In this document: positions 20,283 to 28,942 of the stretch, one piece after another
Position numbering within the stretch: the stretch's first letter is position 1
Layout: every line of letters starts with the position of its first letter
NCBI RefSeq assembly: GCF_039812505.1
Contig: NZ_JBDIAQ010000003.1
Span: 44,387 to 76,386 of the forward strand
DNA length: 32,000 nucleotides
DNA from: Intrasporangium sp.
GTDB taxonomy: Bacteria; Actinomycetota; Actinomycetes; Actinomycetales; Dermatophilaceae
Direction: 5' to 3'
The notes under the pieces: generated by a model
What the model saw: the letters and a program-made list of their open reading frames with translations, nothing else
What the model was told of the DNA's origin: nothing
Database searches by the model: none
Translations under genes and position numbers: made by a program

Positions 20283-20299
20283 CATGCGGAGGTGCGGTG

Positions 20300-20782
20300 A
20301 TGAGCAGACGCGGCGAGCACCACACCCGGCCGGACCGGTTGTCGGGTGACCAGTTCGCCCTGCTCTTCACCTTCCGGCGGGCGATGCTGCAGTTCACGAA
20401 GTGGAGCGAGCAGCGGGTGCGCAAGGCCGGCCTCACCCCGCAGCAGTACCTGCTGCTGCTCGCCGTGCGGGCCCGCACCGCCGACTCGCCGCCGAGCGTC
20501 GGCGACCTGGCCGGCGAGCTGCTGATCCGGCCCAACAGCGCGATCGAGCTGGTCAACCGGGCCGAGTCGCTCGGCCTCGTCAGCCGGCAGCGGGACACTC
20601 GTGACCAGCGGGTCGTGCGGGTGACCCTCACCGGCAAGGCCCACCAGATGCTCGACGGGCTCGCCGCCGCGCACCTGGCCGAGCTCGAGCGCGCGGCCGA
20701 GTCCCTCAGCATCTCCGAGGACTTTCTCACCACTCTCTCAGCGAAGTACCTCGGCGCCGGCGATACGCAAACCGGGCAGTGA
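20300..20782 (+). CDS. MarR-family transcriptional regulator, 160 aa
   Basis: Winged-HTH core 'LTPQQYLLLLAVRA...SVGDLAGELLIRPNSAIELVNRAESLGLVSRQRDTRDQRVVRVTLTGKA'. RBS GGAGGTG at 20288-20294. Starts 17 nt after DUF3037. Confidence 0.88.
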   Translation: MSRRGEHHTRPDRLSGDQFALLFTFRRAMLQFTKWSEQRVRKAGLTPQQYLLLLAVRARTADSPPSVGDLAGELLIRPNSAIELVNRAESLGLVSRQRDTRDQRVVRVTLTGKAHQMLDGLAAAHLAELERAAESLSISEDFLTTLSAKYLGAGDTQTGQ

Positions 20783-20819
20783 TCGACCGCGATTTGCGGG
20801 TATAACCTCGAGATAGATC

Positions 20820-20866
20820 GCATCCCGATGTAATCACGTCTGGATGTGGTGGCATCCCGATGTAAT
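20820..20866 (+). promoter_or_regulatory. Perfect 15-bp direct repeat GCATCCCGATGTAAT x2 (32-bp period) in the AT-rich spacer upstream of dxs
   Basis: Copies at 20820-20834 and 20852-20866. Each contains a -10-like TGTAAT, and TATAAC lies at 20801-20806. It sits in the 125-bp marR-dxs spacer, the most AT-rich stretch I noticed in the window. Confidence 0.6.
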
Positions 20867-20907
20867 GGTCGCGGCCCCGACACGGCCGTGGTCGGAGCGG
20901 AGGCGCA

Positions 20908-22806
20908 GTGTCGGTTCTGGAGACCATCAGCGGCCCGGAGGACCTCGGCAGGCTCGACCCGGAGGAGCTGGCTCGGCTGGCGGCGGAGATCCGCCAGGTC
21001 CTGGTCGAGACCGTCTGTTCCACCGGGGGCCATCTCGGCCCCAACCTCGGCGTGGTCGAGCTGACGATCGCGCTGCACCGCGTGTTCGACTCGCCGCGCA
21101 CCCCGATCGTCTTCGACACCGGGCACCAGTCGTACGTGCACAAGCTGCTGACCGGGCGGCTGCCCGGCTTCGCCTCGCTGCGCCAGGCCGGTGGGCTGTC
21201 CGGCTACCCCAAGCGGTCCGAGTCGGCGCACGACCTGGTGGAGAACTCGCACGCCTCGACCGCGCTGGCCTACGCCGACGGGCTGAGCCGGGCGATCGCC
21301 GGCCGCGGCGGCACCGAGCCGGTGGTGGCGGTGATCGGCGACGGGGCGCTGACCGGCGGGCTGGCCTGGGAGGGTCTGAACAACATCGGCTCGTCCGGGC
21401 GGCGCGTCGTGGTGGTGCTCAACGACAACGACCGCTCCTACGCCCCGACCGTCGGCGGGCTGCCCGAGCACCTGGGCCGACTCCGGGACCGGACCGGCTA
21501 CGCGGGCATCGTGGCCCGGCTCGGTGGCGCCGGCGCGCCGGGCCCGGACGGTGCGTCCGGTCCTGCCCACCGGTCGCGCGCCGCGTCCGGGGTGAGCCTG
21601 TTCCAGTCGATGGGCCTGGACTACCTCGGCCCGGTCGACGGGCACGACCTGACCGCCCTCGAGAGCGCCCTGGGCCGGGCGCGGGCGCACGAGCGCCCGG
21701 TCGTGGTGCACGTGCGCACCGAGAAGGGGCACGGCTACCTGCCCGCCGTGCTGGACGAGGCCGACCACCTGCACGCGGTCGGCGTGATCGACCCGGCCAC
21801 GGGCGCGCCGCGCAAGCCCGCCGCCCGGACCTGGACCGACGTGTTCGGGGCCGCTCTGGCCGACCTGGCCGAGCGGCGGCCGGACATCGTCGCGATCAGC
21901 GCGGCCATGGTCGGGCCCACCGGGCTGCGCACGCTGGCCGCGCGCCACCCGGAGCGCTGCGTCGACGTCGGCATCGCCGAGCAGCAGGCGCTGGTCAGCG
22001 CCAGCGGGATGGCGATGGGCGGGCTGCACCCGGTCGTGGCGCTCTACTCGACGTTCATGCACCGCGCGTTCGACCAGACCCTGATGGACGCGGGCCTGCA
22101 CGGGCTGCCGGTCACGCTCGTGCTGGACCGGGCCGGCATCACCGGACCCGACGGCCCGAGCCACCACGGGCTGTGGGACCTGACCCTGCTGGGGGCCGTG
22201 CCCGGGATGCGCGTCGCGGCCCCACGCGACGCCGCCTCGCTGGTCGAGGAGCTCGGCGAGGCCGTGGCGCACGTCGGGCCGAGCGCGCTGCGCTTCCCCA
22301 AGGCCGCTGCCGCCGACGCGCTGCCGGCGCTCGACCGGATCGCCGGGATGGACCTGCTGCGCCGCGCCCCCGACCCGCACGTGCTGCTGCTGGCGGTCGG
22401 TGCGCTGGCCGGCGCCGCGGTGGCGGCCGCCGACCGGCTGCTGGCCGACGGGGTGCGCTGCACGGTGCTGGACCCGCGCTGGGTGCTGCCGGTCAACGCG
22501 GCCCTGCCCGACCTGGCCGCCGAGCACGACCTGGTCGTGACCGTCGAGGACGGCCTGCGCGGCGCCGGGGTCGGGGCCCGGGTCGCCCGCGCGGTCGCGG
22601 ACGCGGACGTCGAGACGCCCGTGCGCGTGCTCGGGGTGCCGGACCAGTATGTCGCCCACGGCACCCGCGCGAGCATCCTGCACGACTTCGGCCTGGACGC
22701 CGACGGGGTCGCCACCACGGTCGCGACGGCACTGGCCGGCACGACCGGGGTGGGCGGCATACGCCACCGGGTCGCGGCCGGCCGGCGCGTCCGGAAGCCG
22801 GCGTGA
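20908..22806 (+). CDS. dxs: 1-deoxy-D-xylulose-5-phosphate synthase, 632 aa
   Basis: 'GGHLGPNLGVVELTIALHRVFDSP', 'DTGHQSYVHKLLTGR', 'GDGALTGG' and 'NDND' ThDP motifs. GTG start with GGAGCGGAGG 4 nt upstream. Confidence 0.95.
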   Translation: MSVLETISGPEDLGRLDPEELARLAAEIRQVLVETVCSTGGHLGPNLGVVELTIALHRVFDSPRTPIVFDTGHQSYVHKLLTGRLPGFASLRQAGGLSGYPKRSESAHDLVENSHASTALAYADGLSRAIAGRGGTEPVVAVIGDGALTGGLAWEGLNNIGSSGRRVVVVLNDNDRSYAPTVGGLPEHLGRLRDRTGYAGIVARLGGAGAPGPDGASGPAHRSRAASGVSLFQSMGLDYLGPVDGHDLTALESALGRARAHERPVVVHVRTEKGHGYLPAVLDEADHLHAVGVIDPATGAPRKPAARTWTDVFGAALADLAERRPDIVAISAAMVGPTGLRTLAARHPERCVDVGIAEQQALVSASGMAMGGLHPVVALYSTFMHRAFDQTLMDAGLHGLPVTLVLDRAGITGPDGPSHHGLWDLTLLGAVPGMRVAAPRDAASLVEELGEAVAHVGPSALRFPKAAAADALPALDRIAGMDLLRRAPDPHVLLLAVGALAGAAVAAADRLLADGVRCTVLDPRWVLPVNAALPDLAAEHDLVVTVEDGLRGAGVGARVARAVADADVETPVRVLGVPDQYVAHGTRASILHDFGLDADGVATTVATALAGTTGVGGIRHRVAAGRRVRKPA

Positions 22807-22813
22807 GGTCGCG

Positions 22814-23638
22814 ATGAGCACCGCCATGCACGCTGCCGAGGCCGGCGAGAACTTCCCCGTCGCGCTGCGGGTGCTGCCCGCCCGGGTGCGCCGCGAGCTG
22901 CACGCCACCTACCGGTACGCCCGGTACGTCGACGACCTCGGCGACGAGTTCGCCGGCGACCGCACCGCCGCGCTCAGGCAGGTCGCGGAGCAGGTCCGCA
23001 GCCTCTACGCGGGTGGCCGCGTCACCGACCCGGTCGTGGCCGGTATGGCGCCGCTGGTGACCCGGGCCGGGGTGCCGGCCCACTGCCTGCTGCGGCTCGT
23101 CGAGGCGAACCTGCGCGACCAGGGCGTGGCCCGGTGCCACGACTTCGCCGAGCTGCTCGACTACTGCCGCCTCTCGGCCAACCCGGTCGGCGAGATCGTG
23201 CTGGCCGTCTTCGGGGTGGCCACCCCCGACCGGGTCGAGCTGTCCGACCGGGTCTGCACGGCGCTGCAGCTGCTCGAGCACTGGCAGGACATCGGCGAGG
23301 ACCATGCCCGCGGGCGGGTCTACCTGCCGAAGGAGGACCTCGACCGGTTCGGCGTCACCGAACCGGAGCTCGGCGCCGACCGCGCGAGCCCGGCGCTGCG
23401 GCGGCTGGTCGCCTTCGAGACCGAGCGGGCCGCCGCCTGGCTCGGCGCGGGGGCCCCGCTGGTGTCGACGCTGCGCGGGTGGGCCCGGCTGGCGGTCTCG
23501 GGCTACGTGGCCGGGGGTCGTGCGGCGGCCGCCCGGATCCGGCGGGCCGGCTACGACACGCTGGCCGGCGAGGTCAAGCCGACCCGGTCGGACATCGCGA
23601 CCGCCTGGGCCGATGGGTGGCTGAGGAGGGCCGGATGA
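22814..23638 (+). CDS. hpnC: Hydroxysqualene synthase (squalene-synthase-like, HpnC type), 274 aa
   Basis: 'GENFPVALRVLPARVRRELHATYRYARYVDDLGDE' (the ENFPVA motif is typical of HpnC). Second Asp-rich region 'WQDIGEDHARGRVYLP'. Confidence 0.85.
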   Translation: MSTAMHAAEAGENFPVALRVLPARVRRELHATYRYARYVDDLGDEFAGDRTAALRQVAEQVRSLYAGGRVTDPVVAGMAPLVTRAGVPAHCLLRLVEANLRDQGVARCHDFAELLDYCRLSANPVGEIVLAVFGVATPDRVELSDRVCTALQLLEHWQDIGEDHARGRVYLPKEDLDRFGVTEPELGADRASPALRRLVAFETERAAAWLGAGAPLVSTLRGWARLAVSGYVAGGRAAAARIRRAGYDTLAGEVKPTRSDIATAWADGWLRRAG

Positions 23639-24540
23639 ACGTCACGACCGCCTACGAGCGCTGCGAGCAGATCACCCGCACCGAGGCGCGCAACTTCTCC
23701 TACGGGATCCGGCTGCTGCCGCGCCGGCAGCGTCAGGCGCTGTCCGCCGTATACGCCACGGCCCGGCGGATCGACGACATCGGCGACGGCGACGGCCCCT
23801 GCGCGCAGCGGCAGGCGGAGCTCGAGTCGCTCCGGACGCGGCTGGACGCGGTCGCGGGACGACGCGCCCGCCCCGACCGAGCCAGCCGCCCGCGCCCCCC
23901 TGCGCCGACGCAGGACGACCCCGTCCTGACCGCGCTCGCCGACGCCGCCGCCCACCTGCCGATCCCGCTCGACGCCTTCGACGACCTCATCGACGGCTGC
24001 CTGGCCGACGTCGAGGGCCGCCACTACGAGACGTTCGAGCAGGTCGTCGGCTACTGCCGCCACGTCGCGGGCTCCGTCGGCCGGCTCTCGGTCGGCGTCT
24101 ACGACCCCGCCCGGCTCGCTGCCGCCGAGCCGCTGGCCGACGACCTCGGTGTCGCGCTGCAGCTGACGAACATCCTGCGCGACCTGCGCGAGGACCGGCT
24201 CATGGGCCGGGTCTACCTGCCGCAGGAGGACCTCGACCGGCACGGGTGCACCCTCACGATCGGCGCCGACGGGACGATCACCGACCCGCCGGAGCGGTTC
24301 GACGCGCTGGTGCGCTTCCAGGCGCAGCGGGCCGAGGCGTGGTACGCGCGCGGGCTGACCCTGCTGCCCCTGCTCGACCGGCGCAGCGCCGCCTGCACGG
24401 CAGCGATGGCCGGCATCTACCACCGCCTGCTCGGACACATCGCGGCCGACCCGGGCGCGGTGCGCGGCCGGCGGCTGTCGCTCTCGACCCCGGCCAAGGT
24501 GTCCGTCGCGGTGCACGCGATCGTGCGGAGGGCCGCATGA
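23635..24540 (+). CDS. hpnD: Presqualene diphosphate synthase (HpnD type), 301 aa
   Basis: 'RNFSYGIRLLPRRQRQALSAVYATARRIDDIGD' and 'NILRDLREDRLMGRVYLP'. ATGA overlap with the hpnC stop, with GAGGAGG RBS at 23623-23629. Contains an Arg/Pro-rich insertion (RRARPDRASRPRPPAP). Confidence 0.85.
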   Translation: MNVTTAYERCEQITRTEARNFSYGIRLLPRRQRQALSAVYATARRIDDIGDGDGPCAQRQAELESLRTRLDAVAGRRARPDRASRPRPPAPTQDDPVLTALADAAAHLPIPLDAFDDLIDGCLADVEGRHYETFEQVVGYCRHVAGSVGRLSVGVYDPARLAAAEPLADDLGVALQLTNILRDLREDRLMGRVYLPQEDLDRHGCTLTIGADGTITDPPERFDALVRFQAQRAEAWYARGLTLLPLLDRRSAACTAAMAGIYHRLLGHIAADPGAVRGRRLSLSTPAKVSVAVHAIVRRAA

Positions 24541-25973
24541 GCGACCGACCGGTGATCGTCATCGGCGGCGGGCTGGCCGGGATCACCGCCGCGCTGGACC
24601 TTGCCGGGGCGGGTCGCCAGGTCCTGCTGCTCGAGGCGCGACCGCGCCTCGGCGGCAGGGCCGCCTCCGCCCGGCGTGACGGGCGTCCGCTCGACACCGG
24701 CGTGCACGTCATCCTGCGCTGCTACCAGCAGTACCGGTCGCTGCTGCGTCGGCTCGGCGTCGAGCACCTCGTCCCGATCCAGGACCGCCTCGACATCACC
24801 GTCCTGCGACCCGACGGGGACCGCGCGCGACTGACCCGGGCGCGGCGCGGCCCGGCGCCGCTGCACCTGCTCCCCGCCCTGCTGCGGTATGCCGCCCTCC
24901 CGCCGGCCGCGCGCCTGTCGGCCGCCACCGCGGCGGCGGCGCTGCGCCGGGTCGACCCGGACGACCCCCGCGCCGACCTCGAGTCCTTCGGGTCGTGGCT
25001 CGCGCGCCACGGCCAGACCCGGCTGTCCGCCGAGCGGCTGTGGGGGCTGGTGTCCACGGCCGCGCTGAACCTCCCACCGGCAGAGGCATCCCTCGGCCTC
25101 GCCGCCCGCGTCTTCCGCACCGGCCTGCTCGACGGGGTCGACTCCGGCGACATCGGCATCCCCGTGGCCCCACTTGCCGCGCTGCACGAGGAGCCCACCC
25201 GTCAGGCGCTCCTCGCGGCCGGGGCCCGGGTCACCCTCGGGTGCAAGGCGCTCGGGATCTCCCGGGACACCTCGGGCCTGACCGTCACGGTGCGCGAACG
25301 GGCCGGTGCACCGCACCCCGTCGAGGCCGAGTCGGTCGTCCTGGCCGTGCCGCACGACCACGCCGCGGAGCTCGTGCCGGCCGACGCGGCGCCCGACGCC
25401 GCCGACTGGCTCGGCCTCGGGCACTCGGCGATCGTGAACGTGCACCTGGTCCTGGACCGCCCGGTCCTGCCGGTCCCCTTCGCGGCGGTGCCCCAGAGCC
25501 CGCTCCAGTGGGTCTTCGACCGGACCGCGCCGAGTGGACGCGAGGGCACCGGCACGCAGTACCTCGTCTGCTCGGTATCGGCCGCCGACACCGCCGTCCG
25601 CACCCGTGCCGAGGACCTGGTCCGGCTGCACCTGTCCGAGCTGCGCCGCCACCTGCCGGAGGCCCGGCGCGCGGCGCTGCTGGACGGGTTCGTGACCCGG
25701 GAGCCGCAGGCCACCTTCCGGCAGGGCCCCGGCAGCCGGCAGTGGCGCCCCGGACCGGCGACCCGCTGGGACGAGCTGGCCCTCGCGGGCGCATGGACCG
25801 TGCCCGGCTGGCCCGACACCCTCGAGGCCGCCGTCCGCAGCGGGCACGCGGCGGCCGACCTGCTCGCCGGCGCGGACCGAGGCGGCGCGAGCCGCGCCGG
25901 CCAGGCGAGACGGCCGGCGCGCACTCCCCTGCACCAGCACGATGACCGACACGAGATGGAGGTGACGTCATGA
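24537..25973 (+). CDS. hpnE: Hydroxysqualene dehydroxylase (FAD-dependent amine-oxidase fold, HpnE type), 478 aa
   Basis: N-terminal dinucleotide fold 'VIVIGGGLAGITAALDLA...LLEARPRLGGRA'. Positioned after hpnCD. ATGA overlap with the hpnD stop. Low-complexity C-terminal tail. Confidence 0.85.
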   Translation: MSDRPVIVIGGGLAGITAALDLAGAGRQVLLLEARPRLGGRAASARRDGRPLDTGVHVILRCYQQYRSLLRRLGVEHLVPIQDRLDITVLRPDGDRARLTRARRGPAPLHLLPALLRYAALPPAARLSAATAAAALRRVDPDDPRADLESFGSWLARHGQTRLSAERLWGLVSTAALNLPPAEASLGLAARVFRTGLLDGVDSGDIGIPVAPLAALHEEPTRQALLAAGARVTLGCKALGISRDTSGLTVTVRERAGAPHPVEAESVVLAVPHDHAAELVPADAAPDAADWLGLGHSAIVNVHLVLDRPVLPVPFAAVPQSPLQWVFDRTAPSGREGTGTQYLVCSVSAADTAVRTRAEDLVRLHLSELRRHLPEARRAALLDGFVTREPQATFRQGPGSRQWRPGPATRWDELALAGAWTVPGWPDTLEAAVRSGHAAADLLAGADRGGASRAGQARRPARTPLHQHDDRHEMEVTS

Positions 25974-26983
25974 CCAGCGTCATGACCGACAGCGTGGGCA
26001 CCGCCCGGACCGCGACCGTCGAGCTGCTGCGCTCCGCGCTCGACCGGCTCGACCCGCACATGCGCCACGTGTGCGGCTACCACCTCGGCTTCTGGGACAC
26101 CGACGGCACCCCGAGCACCCCGGGCGGCAAGGGCGTGCGCCCCGAGCTGGTCCTGCTCGGCACCGCCGCGGCGGGCCGCGACCCGCTGGAGGCCGTACCG
26201 GCCGCGGTGGCCGTCGAGCTGGTGCACAACTTCTCGCTCGTGCACGACGACGTCATGGACGGCGACGAGCTGCGCCGGCACCGCACCACGGTGTGGGCCG
26301 CCTTCGGGCTGTCCACCGCCATCCTCGCCGGTGACGCGATGCTCGCCCTGGCCGGGGAGATCCTCGGCGCGGCCCCCTCGCCCACGGTCGGGTACGCCGT
26401 GCAGGCGCTGACCGCGACGACCCGGCGGCTGATCGCCGGGCAGACCGCCGACCTGGCCCTGGAGACCCGCCCCGACGTGACGGTGGCCGAGTGCCTGCGG
26501 ATGGAGGCCGACAAGACCGGCGCCCTGCTGGCCTGCTCGTGCTCGATCGGCCCCATGCTGACCGACGCCCCGGCGAGCAGCGCCGCGGCCCTGGCCGAGT
26601 TCGGGGAACGGGTCGGCCTGGCCTTCCAGCTGGACGACGACCTGCTGGGCATCTGGGGCGCCCCGGAGCACACCGGCAAGCCGGTCCTGTCCGACCTGCG
26701 CTCGCGCAAGAAGTCGGCACCTGTCGTGGCCGCCCTGACCTCCGGCACGACCGCCGGCGATGCGCTGCAGGCGCTCTACCGGCAGGAGGCGCCCCTCGAC
26801 GAGGACGAGCTGTACAAGGCGGCCGCCCTCGTCGAGGAGGCGGGCGGGCGCACCTGGGCCGAGCACCGCGCCGCCGCCGAGCTCGACGCGGCGCTGGGCA
26901 TCCTGGCGGACGCGTTCGCCGGGGACGAACGCGCGATCCCGTTGTCGGACATGGCGGTCCGCCTCGCCGGCCGGGACCGCTGA
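25970..26983 (+). CDS. Short-chain polyprenyl diphosphate synthase (probable FPP synthase supplying HpnD), 337 aa
   Basis: First and second Asp-rich motifs 'LVHDDVMDGDELRRHR' and 'FQLDDDLLG', with 'KTGAL'. Phe at -5 of the first motif suggests a short product. ATGA overlap with the hpnE stop. Confidence 0.88.
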   Translation: MTSVMTDSVGTARTATVELLRSALDRLDPHMRHVCGYHLGFWDTDGTPSTPGGKGVRPELVLLGTAAAGRDPLEAVPAAVAVELVHNFSLVHDDVMDGDELRRHRTTVWAAFGLSTAILAGDAMLALAGEILGAAPSPTVGYAVQALTATTRRLIAGQTADLALETRPDVTVAECLRMEADKTGALLACSCSIGPMLTDAPASSAAALAEFGERVGLAFQLDDDLLGIWGAPEHTGKPVLSDLRSRKKSAPVVAALTSGTTAGDALQALYRQEAPLDEDELYKAAALVEEAGGRTWAEHRAAAELDAALGILADAFAGDERAIPLSDMAVRLAGRDR

Positions 26984-26995
26984 GAGGAGCCCGGG

Positions 26996-28942
26996 ATGAC
27001 CATGCAAGCCGACCGGGACACGACGGCCGGGCCGTCCGGCAGGTCGGCCGACCGCGCCGCACTCGAGCGGGCGGTGGGCCGCCTGCGCGCCCTCCAGCAC
27101 CCCGACGGGTGGTGGAAGGGAGAGCTCGAGACCAACGTCACGATGGAGGCCGAGGACCTGCTCATGCGCGAGTTCCTCGGCATCCGGGGGGCGCGCGAGA
27201 CCGAGTGGACCGCCCGCTGGATCCGGGGCCGGCAACGCCCGGACGGCTCGTGGGCCACCTTCCACGGCGGACCGGCCGACCTGTCCACGACGGTCGAGGC
27301 CTACCTCGCGCTGCGCCTGGCCGGGGACGCCCCGGAGGCGCCGCACCTGGTCCGCGCCCGCGAGGTGGTCCACTCGCTCGGCGGGGTGGAGCGCTCGCGC
27401 GTCTTCACCCGGATCTGGCTCGCGCTGGTCGGGCTCTGGCCGTGGGACCGGCTGCCCGCGGTGCCGGTGGAGCAGATCCTGCTGCCGGACCGGTTCCCGC
27501 TGTCCGTCTACGACTTCGCCTGCTGGGCCCGCCAGACGATCGTGCCCATCGCGGTGCTGTTCGCCCTGCGGCCCGCCGTCCCGCTCGGCCTCACCATCGA
27601 CGAGCTGTATGCCGCCCACCCGGGCACCTCGGGGACGTCGGCTCCCGACGGGGCGGGCTCGGCGGCATCCGAACCCGCGCCGCGGCGGCCGGCCCGCACC
27701 CTGTTCGAGCGGGGGCTGGGCGGCGCGCTACGCGCCTTCGACACCCACCACCCGGGCAGGCTGCGCCGGCTGGCGCTGCGCCGCGCCGAGACGTGGATCG
27801 TCGAGCGCCAGGAGGCCGACGGCTCGTGGGGCGGGATCCAGCCGCCGTGGGTCTACTCGCTGATGGCGCTGCACGCGCTGGGCCGCCCGGTCGACGACCC
27901 GGTGATGCGGCTCGGGCTCGAGGGCTGGGAGCGGTTCACCGTCGAGGAGCCGGGCCCGGACGGTCCGGTGCGGCGCCTCGAGGCGTGCCAGTCCCCGGTG
28001 TGGGACACCGCCCTGGCGCTGGTCGCGCTCGGCGACGCCGGGCTGGCCAAGGACGACCCGATGGTCGCGCGGGCGGTGGACTGGCTGGCCGGCGAGGAGA
28101 TCGCGGTCCGCGGCGACTGGGCGGTGCGCCGGCCCGACCTGGCCCCGGGCGGCTGGGCCTTCGAGTTCGACAACGACCTGTACCCCGACGTCGACGACAC
28201 CGCCGAGGTCGTGCTCGGCCTGCACCGGGTCGGTGCGGCGGACCGCCCCGGTGTGGGACGTGGCATCGACTGGGTGCTGGGCATGCAGTGCCGGGACGGC
28301 GGGTGGGCCGCGTTCGACGCCGAGAACACCAGCACACTGCCGGCCGCCCTGCCGTTCTGCGACTTCGGGGCGGTCACCGACCCGCCCAGCGCCGACGTCA
28401 CCGCGCACGTCGTCGAGATGCTGGCCCTGACCGGCCGCGGCCACACCGCGGCGGCCTGCGCCGGCCGGGACTGGCTGCTGCGGGCCCAGGAGCCGGACGG
28501 CTCGTGGTTCGGGCGATGGGGCGCCAACCACGTCTACGGCACCGGCGCGGCGCTGCCCGCCCTCATCGCCGTCGGCGTACGGCGCTACGAGCAGCCGATC
28601 CGGCGCGGTGTCGCCTGGCTCGAGGAGGCCCAGAACGCCGACGGCGGCTGGGGCGAGGACCTGCGCTCCTACCGCGACGAGTCGCAACGCGGGCGCGGCG
28701 CCTCCACCGCGTCGCAGACCGCCTGGGCCCTGCTCGGGCTGCTGGCCGCCGGGGACTCCGGCTCCAGCGCCGTCCGCCGCGGCATCCGCTGGCTGGTCGA
28801 GCACCAGCTCGCCGACGGCGGGTGGGACGAGCCGCAGTACACCGGCACCGGCTTCCCCGGCGACTTCTACATCAACTACCACCTCTACCGGCTGGTGTTC
28901 CCGGTCAGCGCGTTGGCACGGTACCTGCGGAGCGGGTCATGA
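26996..28942 (+). CDS. shc: Squalene-hopene cyclase, 648 aa
   Basis: Catalytic 'DVDDTAEV' (DxDDTA). Multiple QW repeats ('RQEADGSWGG', 'AQEPDGSWFGRWG', 'AQNADGGWGE', 'HQLADGGWDE'). RBS GAGAGGAG overlaps the preceding stop. Confidence 0.95.
   Translation: MTMQADRDTTAGPSGRSADRAALERAVGRLRALQHPDGWWKGELETNVTMEAEDLLMREFLGIRGARETEWTARWIRGRQRPDGSWATFHGGPADLSTTVEAYLALRLAGDAPEAPHLVRAREVVHSLGGVERSRVFTRIWLALVGLWPWDRLPAVPVEQILLPDRFPLSVYDFACWARQTIVPIAVLFALRPAVPLGLTIDELYAAHPGTSGTSAPDGAGSAASEPAPRRPARTLFERGLGGALRAFDTHHPGRLRRLALRRAETWIVERQEADGSWGGIQPPWVYSLMALHALGRPVDDPVMRLGLEGWERFTVEEPGPDGPVRRLEACQSPVWDTALALVALGDAGLAKDDPMVARAVDWLAGEEIAVRGDWAVRRPDLAPGGWAFEFDNDLYPDVDDTAEVVLGLHRVGAADRPGVGRGIDWVLGMQCRDGGWAAFDAENTSTLPAALPFCDFGAVTDPPSADVTAHVVEMLALTGRGHTAAACAGRDWLLRAQEPDGSWFGRWGANHVYGTGAALPALIAVGVRRYEQPIRRGVAWLEEAQNADGGWGEDLRSYRDESQRGRGASTASQTAWALLGLLAAGDSGSSAVRRGIRWLVEHQLADGGWDEPQYTGTGFPGDFYINYHLYRLVFPVSALARYLRSGS

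Noticed and set aside
16316-20800. tRNA-Leu-anchored genomic island or prophage remnant
   Set aside because: No integrase, recombinase or transposase ORF is present. I did not spot a second copy of the tRNA 3' end (ttcaagtccccc...) downstream that would mark an att site. GC content stays high throughout.
20820-20866. CRISPR-like repeat
   Set aside because: There are only two 15-bp copies with a 17-bp spacer and no cas genes. The element is better explained as promoter/operator architecture.
20269-22908. 879-aa minus-strand ORF and 657-aa plus-strand ORF 20844..22817 over dxs
   Set aside because: Both are low-complexity. dxs, in the third overlapping frame, has full ThDP-enzyme motifs and a good RBS.
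25202-27619. 805-aa minus-strand ORF (and 24417..25952 -, 26253..27062 -) across hpnE, the polyprenyl synthase and shc
   Set aside because: These are antisense artefacts with no motifs. The plus strand carries a chain of recognisable, translationally coupled enzymes.
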